A DNA stretch of 48,425 nucleotides from Pseudomonadota bacterium (GCA_043767805.1 JAYUGC010000182.1:1-48425), one strand, 5' to 3'. Positions 35,825-45,713 are shown, numbered from the stretch's first letter. Made by a program: numbers and translations. The notes: generated from the sequence alone by a model not told the origin.

Positions 35825-35840
35825 GGCTCTTTTAGACGCT

Positions 35841-37640
35841 TTATTCGAGGGCGTTTTTGGCGGCTTCGAGCTCTTGCCAGCGGGCGAAGAGTTTTTCGAC
35901 GGCGGTCTGGGCGACCGTGATTTCGCGGAAGAGTTCCGTGAGCCGGCCGGCGTTTGCGGCAAGAGCCGGGTTTTCCGCTTCGGCGTTGAGCTTCGCGAGT
36001 TTTGCCTCGGCCGCCGCGATGGTGGCTTCCATGTTTTCTAGCTCTCGCGTTTCGTTGTAGCTGAGCTTTTTCTTTTTCTTTGGTGCGGCCGGCGCATTGG
36101 ACACTTTGGCGACGGGCGCGTCCTCGATGGTCGCGTGCCAGGCTTCCCATTGGCGCAAATCCGAGAAGGTCACCAGCTCGCTCTCTCCCGGAGGAAAGGC
36201 GAGGAGCTCGTTTGAAACCTGATCGAGAAAGAAACGATCGTGGCTTACCAGGATGACGGCGCCCGGAAACTCTTCGAGACAACCTTGCAAAACGTCCAAC
36301 GTCGAGATGTCGAGATCGTTGGTCGGTTCGTCCAGTACGAGAATGTCGGCTTCCTTGAGCATGAGGCGCGCGATGAGTACGCGGGCTTGCTCGCCGCCCG
36401 AAAGACGGCCCACCGGTAAATCCGTCTGCTCTTTGGCGAAGAGAAACCGATCGAGATAGCTTCGGATATGCAGGAACCGGCCCTGAAATTTCACGTGATC
36501 GCCCGACGGACAGATAGTCTTCATCAGGCTTACGTTCGGATCTAGGGACTCTCTGTTCTGCTCGAAATAGGCGACCGATAAACCGTCGGCGCGTTGCACG
36601 GTCCCGGCATCCGCGGGCTCCGTGCCGAGCAGGACGCGAATCAGGGTCGATTTACCGCAACCATTCGGCCCGAGAAGCCCGATGCGGGTGCCGGGCCCTA
36701 GAAAACAGTCGAGATGCTGAAAGAGAGTCCGGTCGGCACGCTTGCGCGCGATTTGCTTTGCCTCGACGAGACGCTTCGTGCGGCGCTCGGTGCCGGAGAA
36801 CGCCATGCGAACTGTGCTGCTCGCGTTTCTCGCGGAGAGGTTCGACACTTCGTCTTTTAAATCTCCCGCTCGTTGGATGCGCGCCTGCTGCTTCGTCGTG
36901 CGCGCTTTGGCGCCCTGGCGGAGCCATTCCGTTTCGCGCCGCAATTTATTGCTCAACGAATCTTCACGCGATTTGGAGACCTGCAAGATGGAGTCTTTGC
37001 GCTCCAGGTATTCCGTGTAGTCGCCGTTGACGTCGAGGATCCCGCCCGCGTTCCGCCGGTCGAGCTCGAGAATGCGGTTTGAGACGTTTTGCAAAAAGTA
37101 ACGATCGTGAGTCACGGTGACGACCGCGAACGGCGCCCGCGCTAAAAACTTTTCGAGCCAGAGGATGGCCTCGATGTCCAAATGGTTGGTGGGCTCGTCC
37201 AAAAGAAGGACGTCCGGGCGGCGCGCCAAGGCGCGGGCGAGGGCGACCCGTTTTTGCCAGCCTCCCGAGAGCTCTTTCACTGGCGTTTCGGGACCCCGGC
37301 CGAGCCCATCGAGACCGACCCGGGAAAAAAGCTCGAGCGACCACGGGAGCGGGTCGGCTTCGTCTTCTGCCCCTTCCAGGATGACGTCCAAAATGCAGCC
37401 CTCCCCAAGAACCGGAGCCTGCTCCAGGACCGAGGTCCGCAGACCCCGTTTCCGCACCACTTCGCCGGCGTCAGGGTCGCCTTTTCCGGCCAAAAGTCCC
37501 ATGAGAGTGGATTTTCCGGCGCCGTTCGGCCCGATAAGGCCCACGCGATCGCCCTGATTGATGCTGAAATTGAGTCCTTCGAAGAGAACTCGAGACCCGA
37601 AGGATTTTTTCAGGGCTCTGGCGGTGATTAAGACTTCCAC
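35841..37640 (-). CDS. uup: ABC-F ATPase Uup
   Basis: Two ABC domains (GPNGAGKST, GPNGCGKST, LSGG, DEPTN), linker EWLRQGAKARTTK and C-terminal KKLSYNETREL...RWQELE. Confidence 0.92.
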   Translation of the reverse strand: MEVLITARALKKSFGSRVLFEGLNFSINQGDRVGLIGPNGAGKSTLMGLLAGKGDPDAGEVVRKRGLRTSVLEQAPVLGEGCILDVILEGAEDEADPLPWSLELFSRVGLDGLGRGPETPVKELSGGWQKRVALARALARRPDVLLLDEPTNHLDIEAILWLEKFLARAPFAVVTVTHDRYFLQNVSNRILELDRRNAGGILDVNGDYTEYLERKDSILQVSKSREDSLSNKLRRETEWLRQGAKARTTKQQARIQRAGDLKDEVSNLSARNASSTVRMAFSGTERRTKRLVEAKQIARKRADRTLFQHLDCFLGPGTRIGLLGPNGCGKSTLIRVLLGTEPADAGTVQRADGLSVAYFEQNRESLDPNVSLMKTICPSGDHVKFQGRFLHIRSYLDRFLFAKEQTDLPVGRLSGGEQARVLIARLMLKEADILVLDEPTNDLDISTLDVLQGCLEEFPGAVILVSHDRFFLDQVSNELLAFPPGESELVTFSDLRQWEAWHATIEDAPVAKVSNAPAAPKKKKKLSYNETRELENMEATIAAAEAKLAKLNAEAENPALAANAGRLTELFREITVAQTAVEKLFARWQELEAAKNALE

Positions 37641-37771
37641 GGAAAGGAAAACCTATCTGGCCGGATCAAAGCGGTCTACCTTTTTGTGGAGCGCTGGGCT
37701 ATAACCCCCCTCGTCAAAGTCCGCTAAGTGTGAGAAACTACAAAATTCCAACCTGTTACTGAGGGAGCGTC

Positions 37772-40700
37772 ATGGCCGACCAGGATCTCGCCCTGGGGTT
37801 AAAGGGATTTAACTTCGCTGATCTCTATGAGCCCGTTCGTCTCAAGGCGCTTCACGGCGAGTTTTGGAAGTTCGCCGAGACGAACTCGCCCGGGCTAAAG
37901 GGTCGATTCGACGGAGCGCCTTCGCTACCCGCCCCTAAAGAAGCCGACGTTCTCATCGAAGTAGGCCATCAGATCGGCCATTTTCTCGCCGCTCTTTTTC
38001 AGATTCAGAAGGAAACCAAGGTCATTCTGGACGACGCCAAGGCGTGGGACCCCGTTTTCCGCTTCAAGCGCGATTTTCTCAATCTCCGCGTGTTCAAGCG
38101 CTTCAACGAAGCGCCCATGAACGGCTCCGACTTCACGAAAGTCGAAGGCGCGGTCGAAGCGCTTTTAAAGAAATATTACGGCCAGAAAATGCCCTTGGAC
38201 GAAGGCGCGCTGGCGCCGGTCGCGCTCCTTCTCATGGACGCGGAAAAAGGCATCAAGGCGAACGCCCTCGATCCAAAGCTCGTCCAAAAAGTGATGGCTG
38301 TCGCGGGCGCCTCGACCCTCGAGGCGGTGCAAGCCGCGCAAAAGCCGCTCGAAGATTTTTGCACTCACCTCTGCACGGATACGACTCGCCGTAAGCGCGT
38401 CGCGGGCTGGCTCTCCTACGTCCGGCCGCAAAAGCTCGACTTCGAGCACCTCGTTCCGGTGGAACGTCCCGATCCCGCGCTCCCTGAAAAAATGAAGGGC
38501 CACGACGAGCATCTACGTCACCGCGACGGCTTCAAGCTCACCGATCCCCGCATGGATCGGCCCCAGTACCTTCGTGAGATCGATTACTGCCTCTTCTGCC
38601 ACGAGCGCGAGAAAGATTCCTGTTCGAAAGGCTTCCCCGAAAAAACGGGCGGCTATAAGAAAAATCCGCTGGGCATCTCGCTCACGGGCTGTCCTCTCGA
38701 CGAGAGAATCAGCGAGATGCACAAGCTCCGCCAGGAGGGTGACGCCATCGGCGCGCTTGCCATGGTGGTGCTCGACAATCCCATGTGCCCCGGCACCGGA
38801 CATCGCATCTGCAACGATTGCATGAAGGGCTGCATTTTCCAGAAGCAAGATCCGGTCAATATTCCGCAGGCCGAGACGGGCATTCTGACCGACGTCTTGA
38901 ATCTGCCTTACGGTTTTGAGATCTACAGCCTCCTCACGCGCTGGAACCCGCTGAACCGCGAGCGCCCCGTCGCGCTACCTTATAACGGCGTCGACATCAT
39001 GGTCGTGGGCCTCGGCCCCGCCGGGTATACGCTCTCTCACTTTCTCGCGAACCAAGGCTTCGGCGTCGTCGGCATCGACGCTTTGAAGCTCGAGCCCGTT
39101 CCCGACGAGTGGACCGGGGCAAACGGCAAAGCGATAAAGCCCATCCGCGATTTCGACGAGCTGAAAAAAGCTTTGGACGAGCGCATTCTCATGGGCTTTG
39201 GCGGTGTGTCCGAGTACGGCATCACCGTGCGCTGGGATAAGAATTTCCTGGCCGTGATTTACCTGACGCTCCTTCGCCGTAAGAACTTGCGCTTTTATGG
39301 TGGGGTACGTTTCGGCGGCACGCTCACTTTGGACGATGCGTGGGAGCTCGGCTTCAAGCATGTCGCGATTGCGACCGGCGCCGGCAAGCCGACCATCATT
39401 CCGATGAAGAACAATTTGATCCGCGGCATTCGCAAGGCGAGCGACTTGCTCATGGCTTTGCAGCTGACCGGCGCCTTCAAGCGCTCCCAGCTCGCGAATC
39501 TACAGATTCGTCTCCCGTCGGTCGTCATCGGCGGCGGCTTGACCGCCATCGATACGGCCACCGAGATTTTTGCGTACTATCCGGTTCAGGTCGAAAAGAC
39601 GCTCGATCGCTTCGAGAAGCTGTCGGCGAAATACGGCGAAGACTCTGTCTGGAAGATGTGCGACGAAGAAGAGACCGGCATCTTGAAAGAGTTCCTGGAG
39701 CACGGTCGCGCTATCCGAAACGAGCGCAAAAAAGCGGCAGCCGAGCAGAGAGAGCCGAACCTCGTGGGCCTCGTGCGATCGTGGGGCGGCGTTTCCCTCG
39801 TCTATCGCAAGACCATGCAGGATTCTCCCGCGTACCGTTTGAACCATGAAGAAGTGGTGAAGGCGCTCGAAGAAGGCATTCACTTCATCGAGAACCTCTC
39901 TCCCACGGAAGCCGTCCGCGATACGTTCGGTGCGGTCGCTTCCATGAAGTTCAAGCGAGCAGACGGCACGGAAGTCGAGCTTGCCGCCCGCTCGGTGAGC
40001 GTCGCGGCGGGCACGAGCCCCAATACGATTTACGAGCGCGAGAAACCGGGCACGTTCAAAACCGACGAGAAGGGTTACTTCTTCCAGAAGTACCGCGCCG
40101 TCGAGAGCGGCTCGGGCTTTGAGCTCAATGAGTGCGCCCCGGGCGAAAAGGGTTTCTTCCTCTCCTACGAGAAGGAAGGGAAATTCGTCAGCTACTACGG
40201 CGACAATCACCCGGATTACGCCGGCAACGTCGTAAAAGCCATGGCATCGGCCAAACACGGTAGCCCCGAAGTGGAGCGTCTCTTCAAAGGCGCCATCGTG
40301 GCGGCTGAAGTTGCCGGACAATCGACCGCGAAGTTCGAAAAGCTCCTCGCACACCTGGACGACGCTCTCGTTCCGAAAGTCGTCGAAGTGAAGCGTCTTA
40401 CGCCCACCATCGTCGAAGTCATCGTGAAGGGACGTTACGCGTCTCGCAAGTTCGAGCCGGGCCAGTTTTATCGCCTGCAGAACTACGAGACCAGCGCGAC
40501 CGTGATCGATGGCGTGCGCTTGACCCTAGAAGGCATCGCGCTCACGGGCGCTTGGGTGGATAAAGAAAAAGATCTCTTGAGTCTCATCGTCCTCGAGATG
40601 GGCGTAAGCTCTCGTCTCGTCGCGACGCTTCGGCCCGGAGAGCCGGTTATCGTCATGGGCCCAACCGGAGAGCCCTCGGAAACGCCGGGCGGAGAGACGG

Positions 40701-41344
40701 TTTTGCTCGTCGGCGGCGGACTTGGAAATGCCGTGCTGTTTTCCATCGCGGCCGCGCTCAAAGCCGCGGGCTCAAAGGTTATCTATTTCGCGGGCTACCG
40801 GAATCCTCAAGATGTGTTCCACCGCGATCAGATCGAAGCGGGCACCGACCAAGTGGTGTGGGCCGTCGACCGCGGTGAGCCCATTAAGGCGCGCCGGACC
40901 CAAGATCGCCCGTTCGTTGGCAATATTGTCGAAGCCATGGTCGCTTACGCTTCGGGAAAACTCGGCGGGCCGCCGCAGATTCCGTTCTCGGAAGTGAATC
41001 GCATCATCGCCATCGGCTCCGATCGCATGATGGCCGCCGTGGCGCAAGCCCGTCACGGGGTGCTGCAGCCTTTCTTAAATCCCAAGCATCACGCGATCGC
41101 GAGCATCAACTCGCCCATGCAGTGCATGATGAAGGAAGTTTGCGCGCAGTGCCTCCAAAAGCACATCGACCCGGTCACGAAGAAAGAAACGGTGGTCTTC
41201 ACCTGCTTCAATCAGGACCAGGACATGGACAAGGTGGACTTCGCGAACCTCAGAGAGCGGCTCAAGATGAATAGCCTCTCCGAGAAGCTCTCGGCGCGGT
41301 TCCTCGATTTGCTTTTCGATTCAAAGCCGGTCGAGCGGGTTTAA
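37772..41344 (+). CDS. Fused Fe-S flavoprotein: GltD/NfnB-like domain plus PyrK/NfnA-like FNR domain
   Basis: CLFCH..DSC, GCP, CPGTGHRICNDCMKGC, GLGPAG, GGGLTAID, MGPTG, GGGLG and SPMQCMMKEVCAQC...FTC. Confidence 0.85.
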   Translation: MADQDLALGLKGFNFADLYEPVRLKALHGEFWKFAETNSPGLKGRFDGAPSLPAPKEADVLIEVGHQIGHFLAALFQIQKETKVILDDAKAWDPVFRFKRDFLNLRVFKRFNEAPMNGSDFTKVEGAVEALLKKYYGQKMPLDEGALAPVALLLMDAEKGIKANALDPKLVQKVMAVAGASTLEAVQAAQKPLEDFCTHLCTDTTRRKRVAGWLSYVRPQKLDFEHLVPVERPDPALPEKMKGHDEHLRHRDGFKLTDPRMDRPQYLREIDYCLFCHEREKDSCSKGFPEKTGGYKKNPLGISLTGCPLDERISEMHKLRQEGDAIGALAMVVLDNPMCPGTGHRICNDCMKGCIFQKQDPVNIPQAETGILTDVLNLPYGFEIYSLLTRWNPLNRERPVALPYNGVDIMVVGLGPAGYTLSHFLANQGFGVVGIDALKLEPVPDEWTGANGKAIKPIRDFDELKKALDERILMGFGGVSEYGITVRWDKNFLAVIYLTLLRRKNLRFYGGVRFGGTLTLDDAWELGFKHVAIATGAGKPTIIPMKNNLIRGIRKASDLLMALQLTGAFKRSQLANLQIRLPSVVIGGGLTAIDTATEIFAYYPVQVEKTLDRFEKLSAKYGEDSVWKMCDEEETGILKEFLEHGRAIRNERKKAAAEQREPNLVGLVRSWGGVSLVYRKTMQDSPAYRLNHEEVVKALEEGIHFIENLSPTEAVRDTFGAVASMKFKRADGTEVELAARSVSVAAGTSPNTIYEREKPGTFKTDEKGYFFQKYRAVESGSGFELNECAPGEKGFFLSYEKEGKFVSYYGDNHPDYAGNVVKAMASAKHGSPEVERLFKGAIVAAEVAGQSTAKFEKLLAHLDDALVPKVVEVKRLTPTIVEVIVKGRYASRKFEPGQFYRLQNYETSATVIDGVRLTLEGIALTGAWVDKEKDLLSLIVLEMGVSSRLVATLRPGEPVIVMGPTGEPSETPGGETVLLVGGGLGNAVLFSIAAALKAAGSKVIYFAGYRNPQDVFHRDQIEAGTDQVVWAVDRGEPIKARRTQDRPFVGNIVEAMVAYASGKLGGPPQIPFSEVNRIIAIGSDRMMAAVAQARHGVLQPFLNPKHHAIASINSPMQCMMKEVCAQCLQKHIDPVTKKETVVFTCFNQDQDMDKVDFANLRERLKMNSLSEKLSARFLDLLFDSKPVERV

Positions 41345-41416
41345 TCTTTACCGTCCTCTGTTTTGACTTTTTCCGACGTGCGTGTGAGCGTCCGTCCCGG
41401 GTTCACGGGGGTAAGG

Positions 41417-42238
41417 ATGCTTCGTTTCATTCGTCTCTTAGGAATTTTTCTCATTTTGGCGGCTCTCGCCCAAGCGGCGGACGCGCCAGTCTCGACGCTC
41501 GAGACGTCGGTGTCTCCTTTGGACCGGGTTCGGGTGAAGCTCTGGTCGAACTATTCCGGCCCACAAATCGCGAACCCCTCGAAATACACCACCGACTCTT
41601 TCGGTAAGACGACGTCCAAGACGCAAACCGGGGACTCTCACCTCACGGCCGCCTACCAGCTGACGCCCGGCCTTCGCCCCGGCATCGGCATTCCGTTCAA
41701 TTTTCTGCCCGCGGCTGACGATAAAATGCAATTTAAGCCCCTCTACTTCGGCCTCTTGGACATGAGGATCCTCGAAGAGGGGAACTTTTCGTTCCACGCC
41801 GACCTTCGCATCTACACGCCCTTCGGCGACATAGCTGAGGCGCAAGACGTACGGTCGGGCATTCGCACGACGCAAACCATCCTTTACCGCGTGCCGAACT
41901 CCAACTGGACGTTTGGCTCGGTGACTTACTTCCGCGTTTGGATGTACGGCCCGAAGGGCACGGGCTATCGCAACGACGTCGAAATCTATTTTTCGCCTTT
42001 TGCCGACTACCGCCTCACCAAAACGTTTTATGCGACGCTTTGGACGGACGTTTTGCAGCTGGGCCTTCAACACGGCGGGAAGGGTGGGTTCAGTAATCTA
42101 CCGGTCGATCTCCAGCCCGGGGTTCGTTGGGAAGTAACGCCGTCTTTGAGCCTGAATCCCTATCTGAATTTCATTCCGGCGAGAGTCAGGCTCGACACCG
42201 TTAACGTCGGCATGGTCGTGAACGCCCGGTTTCTCTGA
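41417..42238 (+). CDS. Hypothetical outer-membrane beta-barrel (start refined to ATG 41417)
   Basis: Signal peptide (AALAQA), amphipathic strands and the end VGMVVNARFL. Confidence 0.65.
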   Translation: MLRFIRLLGIFLILAALAQAADAPVSTLETSVSPLDRVRVKLWSNYSGPQIANPSKYTTDSFGKTTSKTQTGDSHLTAAYQLTPGLRPGIGIPFNFLPAADDKMQFKPLYFGLLDMRILEEGNFSFHADLRIYTPFGDIAEAQDVRSGIRTTQTILYRVPNSNWTFGSVTYFRVWMYGPKGTGYRNDVEIYFSPFADYRLTKTFYATLWTDVLQLGLQHGGKGGFSNLPVDLQPGVRWEVTPSLSLNPYLNFIPARVRLDTVNVGMVVNARFL

Positions 42239-42275
42239 ACTTGTCCGTACCGGGGAATGGGGTTAAAACCCCGGG

Positions 42276-43067
42276 ATGAAAGCCTTTCTCCTGATTCTCT
42301 GCGTCGTAACTGCCACCGCGGGATGGGCGGACACGCTGAGCGACATCAAAACGGGGAAAGCGCTGAAAGTGGGTTTACAATCGGGCTACGTCCCCTTTGC
42401 GATGCGAAAGCCGTCGGGCGGTTATGTCGGGTACGAGATCGACATGATGACGGCCTTCGCGAAAAGCCTCGGCGCCGCAGTCTCCTTCGTCGACACGAAA
42501 TGGGAGGGCATCATCGCTTCGCTCCACGCGAAGAAATTCGACGTGCTCGTCTCTGGCATGTCCATCACGCCCGAGCGCTCTCGGGCCGTGCTTTTCAGTG
42601 AGCCGTATTACTTCGCTGGGCTCATGCTGATGGTCGCGAAAAAGCACGAAGGCAAGATTAAGCACGTCGCTGATTTAGAGGCGGCCGGCCTGTCCGTGGG
42701 CGTCGAGCTTGGGACTACGGGCGATTTCTTCGCGGGCAAGAACTTCAAGAAGGCGAAAGTCGTGAAGCTCGATCTCGAGTCGGATGCCGCCAATGCCGTC
42801 CTGCTTGGAAAATTGGACGCCTTCATTTTCGACGCGCCTTATCTGCAGCTTTTTTCCCGGCGTCACCCCGGGAAAGTAGTTCTCTTGCCGGGGCTTCTCT
42901 CCGAAGAAAAGCTGGGACTCGCAGCTAGAAAGAAAGACACGACTCTCGTCGCCGCGTTCAATCAATTCTTGGTGGACTGGAAAAAGGGCGGGGAGGCCGA
43001 CAGGTCGGCCAAATTCTACTTTCAGGACATGACCTGGCTCAAAGATTTTCCCCAGCTGATGAACTAA
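42276..43067 (+). CDS. Polar amino-acid ABC transporter substrate-binding protein (family 3)
   Basis: YVPF, GYEIDM, KFDVLVSGMSITPER and FSEPYY. Confidence 0.92.
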   Translation: MKAFLLILCVVTATAGWADTLSDIKTGKALKVGLQSGYVPFAMRKPSGGYVGYEIDMMTAFAKSLGAAVSFVDTKWEGIIASLHAKKFDVLVSGMSITPERSRAVLFSEPYYFAGLMLMVAKKHEGKIKHVADLEAAGLSVGVELGTTGDFFAGKNFKKAKVVKLDLESDAANAVLLGKLDAFIFDAPYLQLFSRRHPGKVVLLPGLLSEEKLGLAARKKDTTLVAAFNQFLVDWKKGGEADRSAKFYFQDMTWLKDFPQLMN

Positions 43068-43068
43068 C

Positions 43069-43845
43069 GTGCCAGTACGCCGCTTATCTCCGCTTTACTC
43101 GATTGCCGTGGCCCTCGTCCTCGTGGCGGGTCTCGGGTTTCTTGGCTACTCCTTCTTCAAGCTCGACTACGAATGGGACTTTAGAGCGCTCGGCGCCTTC
43201 TTTTGGGAGAATGGTGCCCCGGGGCTCATTCTCAAAGGCATCTGGGGGACGCTTTATATAAGCGCCATCGCCATCGTGGTGGGTACGATCATCGGAAGCG
43301 TCCTAGGCTTAGTTCTCGTCGGTAAAGAGCCCGTCTCCAAAGCGGCGGCGATCGCCTACGTGGATATTTTCCGAAATACCCCGGTCCTCGTGCAGCTCTA
43401 CATCGCGTACTTCGTCGTCGGCGGTGCGTTTTCGCTTTCAGCGGAGCAGGCGGGAATCTTGACGTTATCGCTCTTCTGCGGCGCTTATGTCTCGGACATC
43501 GTACGCGGGACCTTGGTCAATTTCGAGAAGGGACAAATCGATGCCGCGAAAAGTCTCGGTATGACGTCCCTGCAGGTCGCGACCCATGTGGTCTTACCCC
43601 AGGCTTTGCGGCGCATGTTACCGCCGCTAGTCGGCCAGTTCGTGACCTTGGTCAAAGATAGCTCCCTAGTCTCGGTTCTGGGGATTTTGGAGCTCACCAA
43701 GGCGGCGCTCAGCGTGGTGTCGGTCACGTTCCGTGGCTTTGAGACCTGGTTCGTCATTGCGGCAATTTATCTCGTCATCAATCTGGTGGTGAGCTCTTTG
43801 GGGCGTTATCTCGAGCACCGCTTGAGCCTTTCGTTGAGAGCATGA
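43069..43845 (+). CDS. Polar amino-acid ABC transporter permease
   Basis: FRNTPVLVQL, GQIDAAKSLGM, LPQA and KDSSL. Confidence 0.93.
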   Translation: MPVRRLSPLYSIAVALVLVAGLGFLGYSFFKLDYEWDFRALGAFFWENGAPGLILKGIWGTLYISAIAIVVGTIIGSVLGLVLVGKEPVSKAAAIAYVDIFRNTPVLVQLYIAYFVVGGAFSLSAEQAGILTLSLFCGAYVSDIVRGTLVNFEKGQIDAAKSLGMTSLQVATHVVLPQALRRMLPPLVGQFVTLVKDSSLVSVLGILELTKAALSVVSVTFRGFETWFVIAAIYLVINLVVSSLGRYLEHRLSLSLRA

Positions 43846-44576
43846 TGAACCCCATTATCGAGCTAAAAGACGTGCGCAAATCTTTCGGGACTCATCAGGT
43901 CTTGAAAGGCGTGGGCTTCGACGTACATCCCGGTGAGGTAATTTGTCTGCTCGGGCCTTCGGGCGGCGGCAAGAGTACCGTTCTTCGCACCATCAATGCG
44001 CTGGAAACCATCGACTCAGGGGTGGTGCGGGTTTGCGGCGAGGAATACGGGAAGGCGAAGCCTGAGTATGAGATACGCCGGCACACGGCGATGATCTTTC
44101 AGCGCTTCGAGCTTTTTCCGCATTTGACCGCGATGCAGAATGTGGCGCTGGCTCCGCGAACCGTCCTGAGTAAACCGCCGGCTGAAGCTGAGCGGCTCGC
44201 GAAAGATTTGCTCGCTCGGGTGGGACTCGCCGATCATGGGCATAAATATCCGAACTCGCTCTCTGGTGGCCAGCAGCAACGAGTCGCTATCGCCCGCGCT
44301 TTGGCGTTGGGGCCGAAGGTGCTGCTTTGCGACGAGCCCACGAGTGCCTTGGATCCCGAGCTCGTTCAGGAAGTGCGCGATCTTTTAGAGCAGATCGCCC
44401 GCGAAGGGATGACGATGATTGTCGTTACTCATGAGATTAGTTTTGCTCGGTCCGTTGCCCACCGGTGCTTGTTTTTGGATTGTGGCGAAGTGGCGGAGCA
44501 AGGTTCTTCTAAAGAGTTCTTTGAGAATCCGCGGAGTGCTCGGTTGAAGCAGTTTTTGGAGAAAGTGCGGCACTAG
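43842..44576 (+). CDS. Polar amino-acid ABC transporter ATPase (GlnQ family)
   Basis: GPSGGGKST, LSGGQQQRVAIARALA, DEPTSALDPE and VTHE. Confidence 0.95.
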   Translation: MMNPIIELKDVRKSFGTHQVLKGVGFDVHPGEVICLLGPSGGGKSTVLRTINALETIDSGVVRVCGEEYGKAKPEYEIRRHTAMIFQRFELFPHLTAMQNVALAPRTVLSKPPAEAERLAKDLLARVGLADHGHKYPNSLSGGQQQRVAIARALALGPKVLLCDEPTSALDPELVQEVRDLLEQIAREGMTMIVVTHEISFARSVAHRCLFLDCGEVAEQGSSKEFFENPRSARLKQFLEKVRH

Positions 44577-44849
44577 GCTGCCTTTTGTTCCGCTCCGGCG
44601 TCGGATGACCGCGGACCTACTGCGTTTCTCGGCCGGAGCGTGCTCCCTTCTTGCTTGAATTTTGCTGGACAGGTTTTTGGCGTGTTGCCTCTTTGACGAC
44701 GATAGTGGCGCTTTTTGTGGCCTGTTATCGTTTAATTGCCTGCCTGACGGATGGTATTTCCTTGCCCCTATGTTTGCTTGGGTTGAGGTGAGTGGTTCGC
44801 CTGGCGGCGTTGTGGGACGGGTTCTTTTTGGTGGGTGTAGAAATGGGGA

Positions 44850-45713
44850 ATGGAAAATCTGCGAGACGACGAATTGTTGGCAAGACTGAAAGGAAATATT
44901 GGGCAGGAACGTTTGGGTCATGCGGAGTGTTTGGCTTATCTCGCTGAAGTTGATGTTAGGCAACTTCATCTCAAAGAGGGTTATCCTTCGCTGTTTCAGT
45001 TTTGTTTGAAAGTGCTTGGGCTTTCGGAGGCGAGTACCTGTAAGCGTATTCAGGTGTCGCGGATCGCGCGGAAATTCCCGCAGGTTCTGGAGCTCATTCG
45101 GCAGGGGAAGCTGACGATGAGTAATGCGAGCCTTTTGGCGCCCCATTTAACTCAGGAAAATTGCCAAGGCTTGCTGGCTCAGTCCGAAGGCAAACGGCGA
45201 TTCGATGTCGAAAAGATTACGGCCACATTTCCCGGGGAATGTAACCGCCCAGTGGCGAAGCCGAAGCCTGAAATACTTAAGCCTATCTCCGAGAGTCGAA
45301 CCATGTTCGTTTTTTCGGGGGATGATGAGATGGTTGCCATGTACCGTACCCTTCAAGATCGGCTGCGGCATAAGTATCCGCACGGCAAAATTGAGGAGCT
45401 GGTGAAAGAAGCTTTCGCCGTGCTGGTCGATAAGACAGATCCTGTGAGAGAGCCCAAGCGAAAAGTCCCCGTCCGAACTCCAGCCAAACATACCCGTTAT
45501 ATTCCTGTCGGGATCCGACGTGAGGTTTGGCGCAGAGATGGGGGCGAGTGCGGATATGGACTTCCGTCAGGCATACGCTGTGGTAGCAAAGCCTTCTTGG
45601 AGATCGACCATCTGGTTCCGTGGAGTGTCGGCGGTAGCTCGCACGATCCGCACAATCTAGCTCTCAGATGCCGAGGGCATAATCAACTCAAGGGAGGTGC
45701 AAGACCCGCATGA
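44850..45713 (+). CDS. HNH endonuclease with a DUF222-like N-terminal domain; possibly a selfish element
   Basis: N-terminus LAEVD.RQL...GYPSLF..C...LGLSE. C-terminus RREVWRRDGG.C...C...LEIDH..P...GG......NL...C..HN. GC is lower than the flanks. Confidence 0.85.
   Translation: MENLRDDELLARLKGNIGQERLGHAECLAYLAEVDVRQLHLKEGYPSLFQFCLKVLGLSEASTCKRIQVSRIARKFPQVLELIRQGKLTMSNASLLAPHLTQENCQGLLAQSEGKRRFDVEKITATFPGECNRPVAKPKPEILKPISESRTMFVFSGDDEMVAMYRTLQDRLRHKYPHGKIEELVKEAFAVLVDKTDPVREPKRKVPVRTPAKHTRYIPVGIRREVWRRDGGECGYGLPSGIRCGSKAFLEIDHLVPWSVGGSSHDPHNLALRCRGHNQLKGGARPA

Noticed and set aside
42250..42275. Small hairpin GGGGTT-AA-AACCCC before the ABC binding-protein gene
   Set aside because: Short, with no U-tract, and could be chance.
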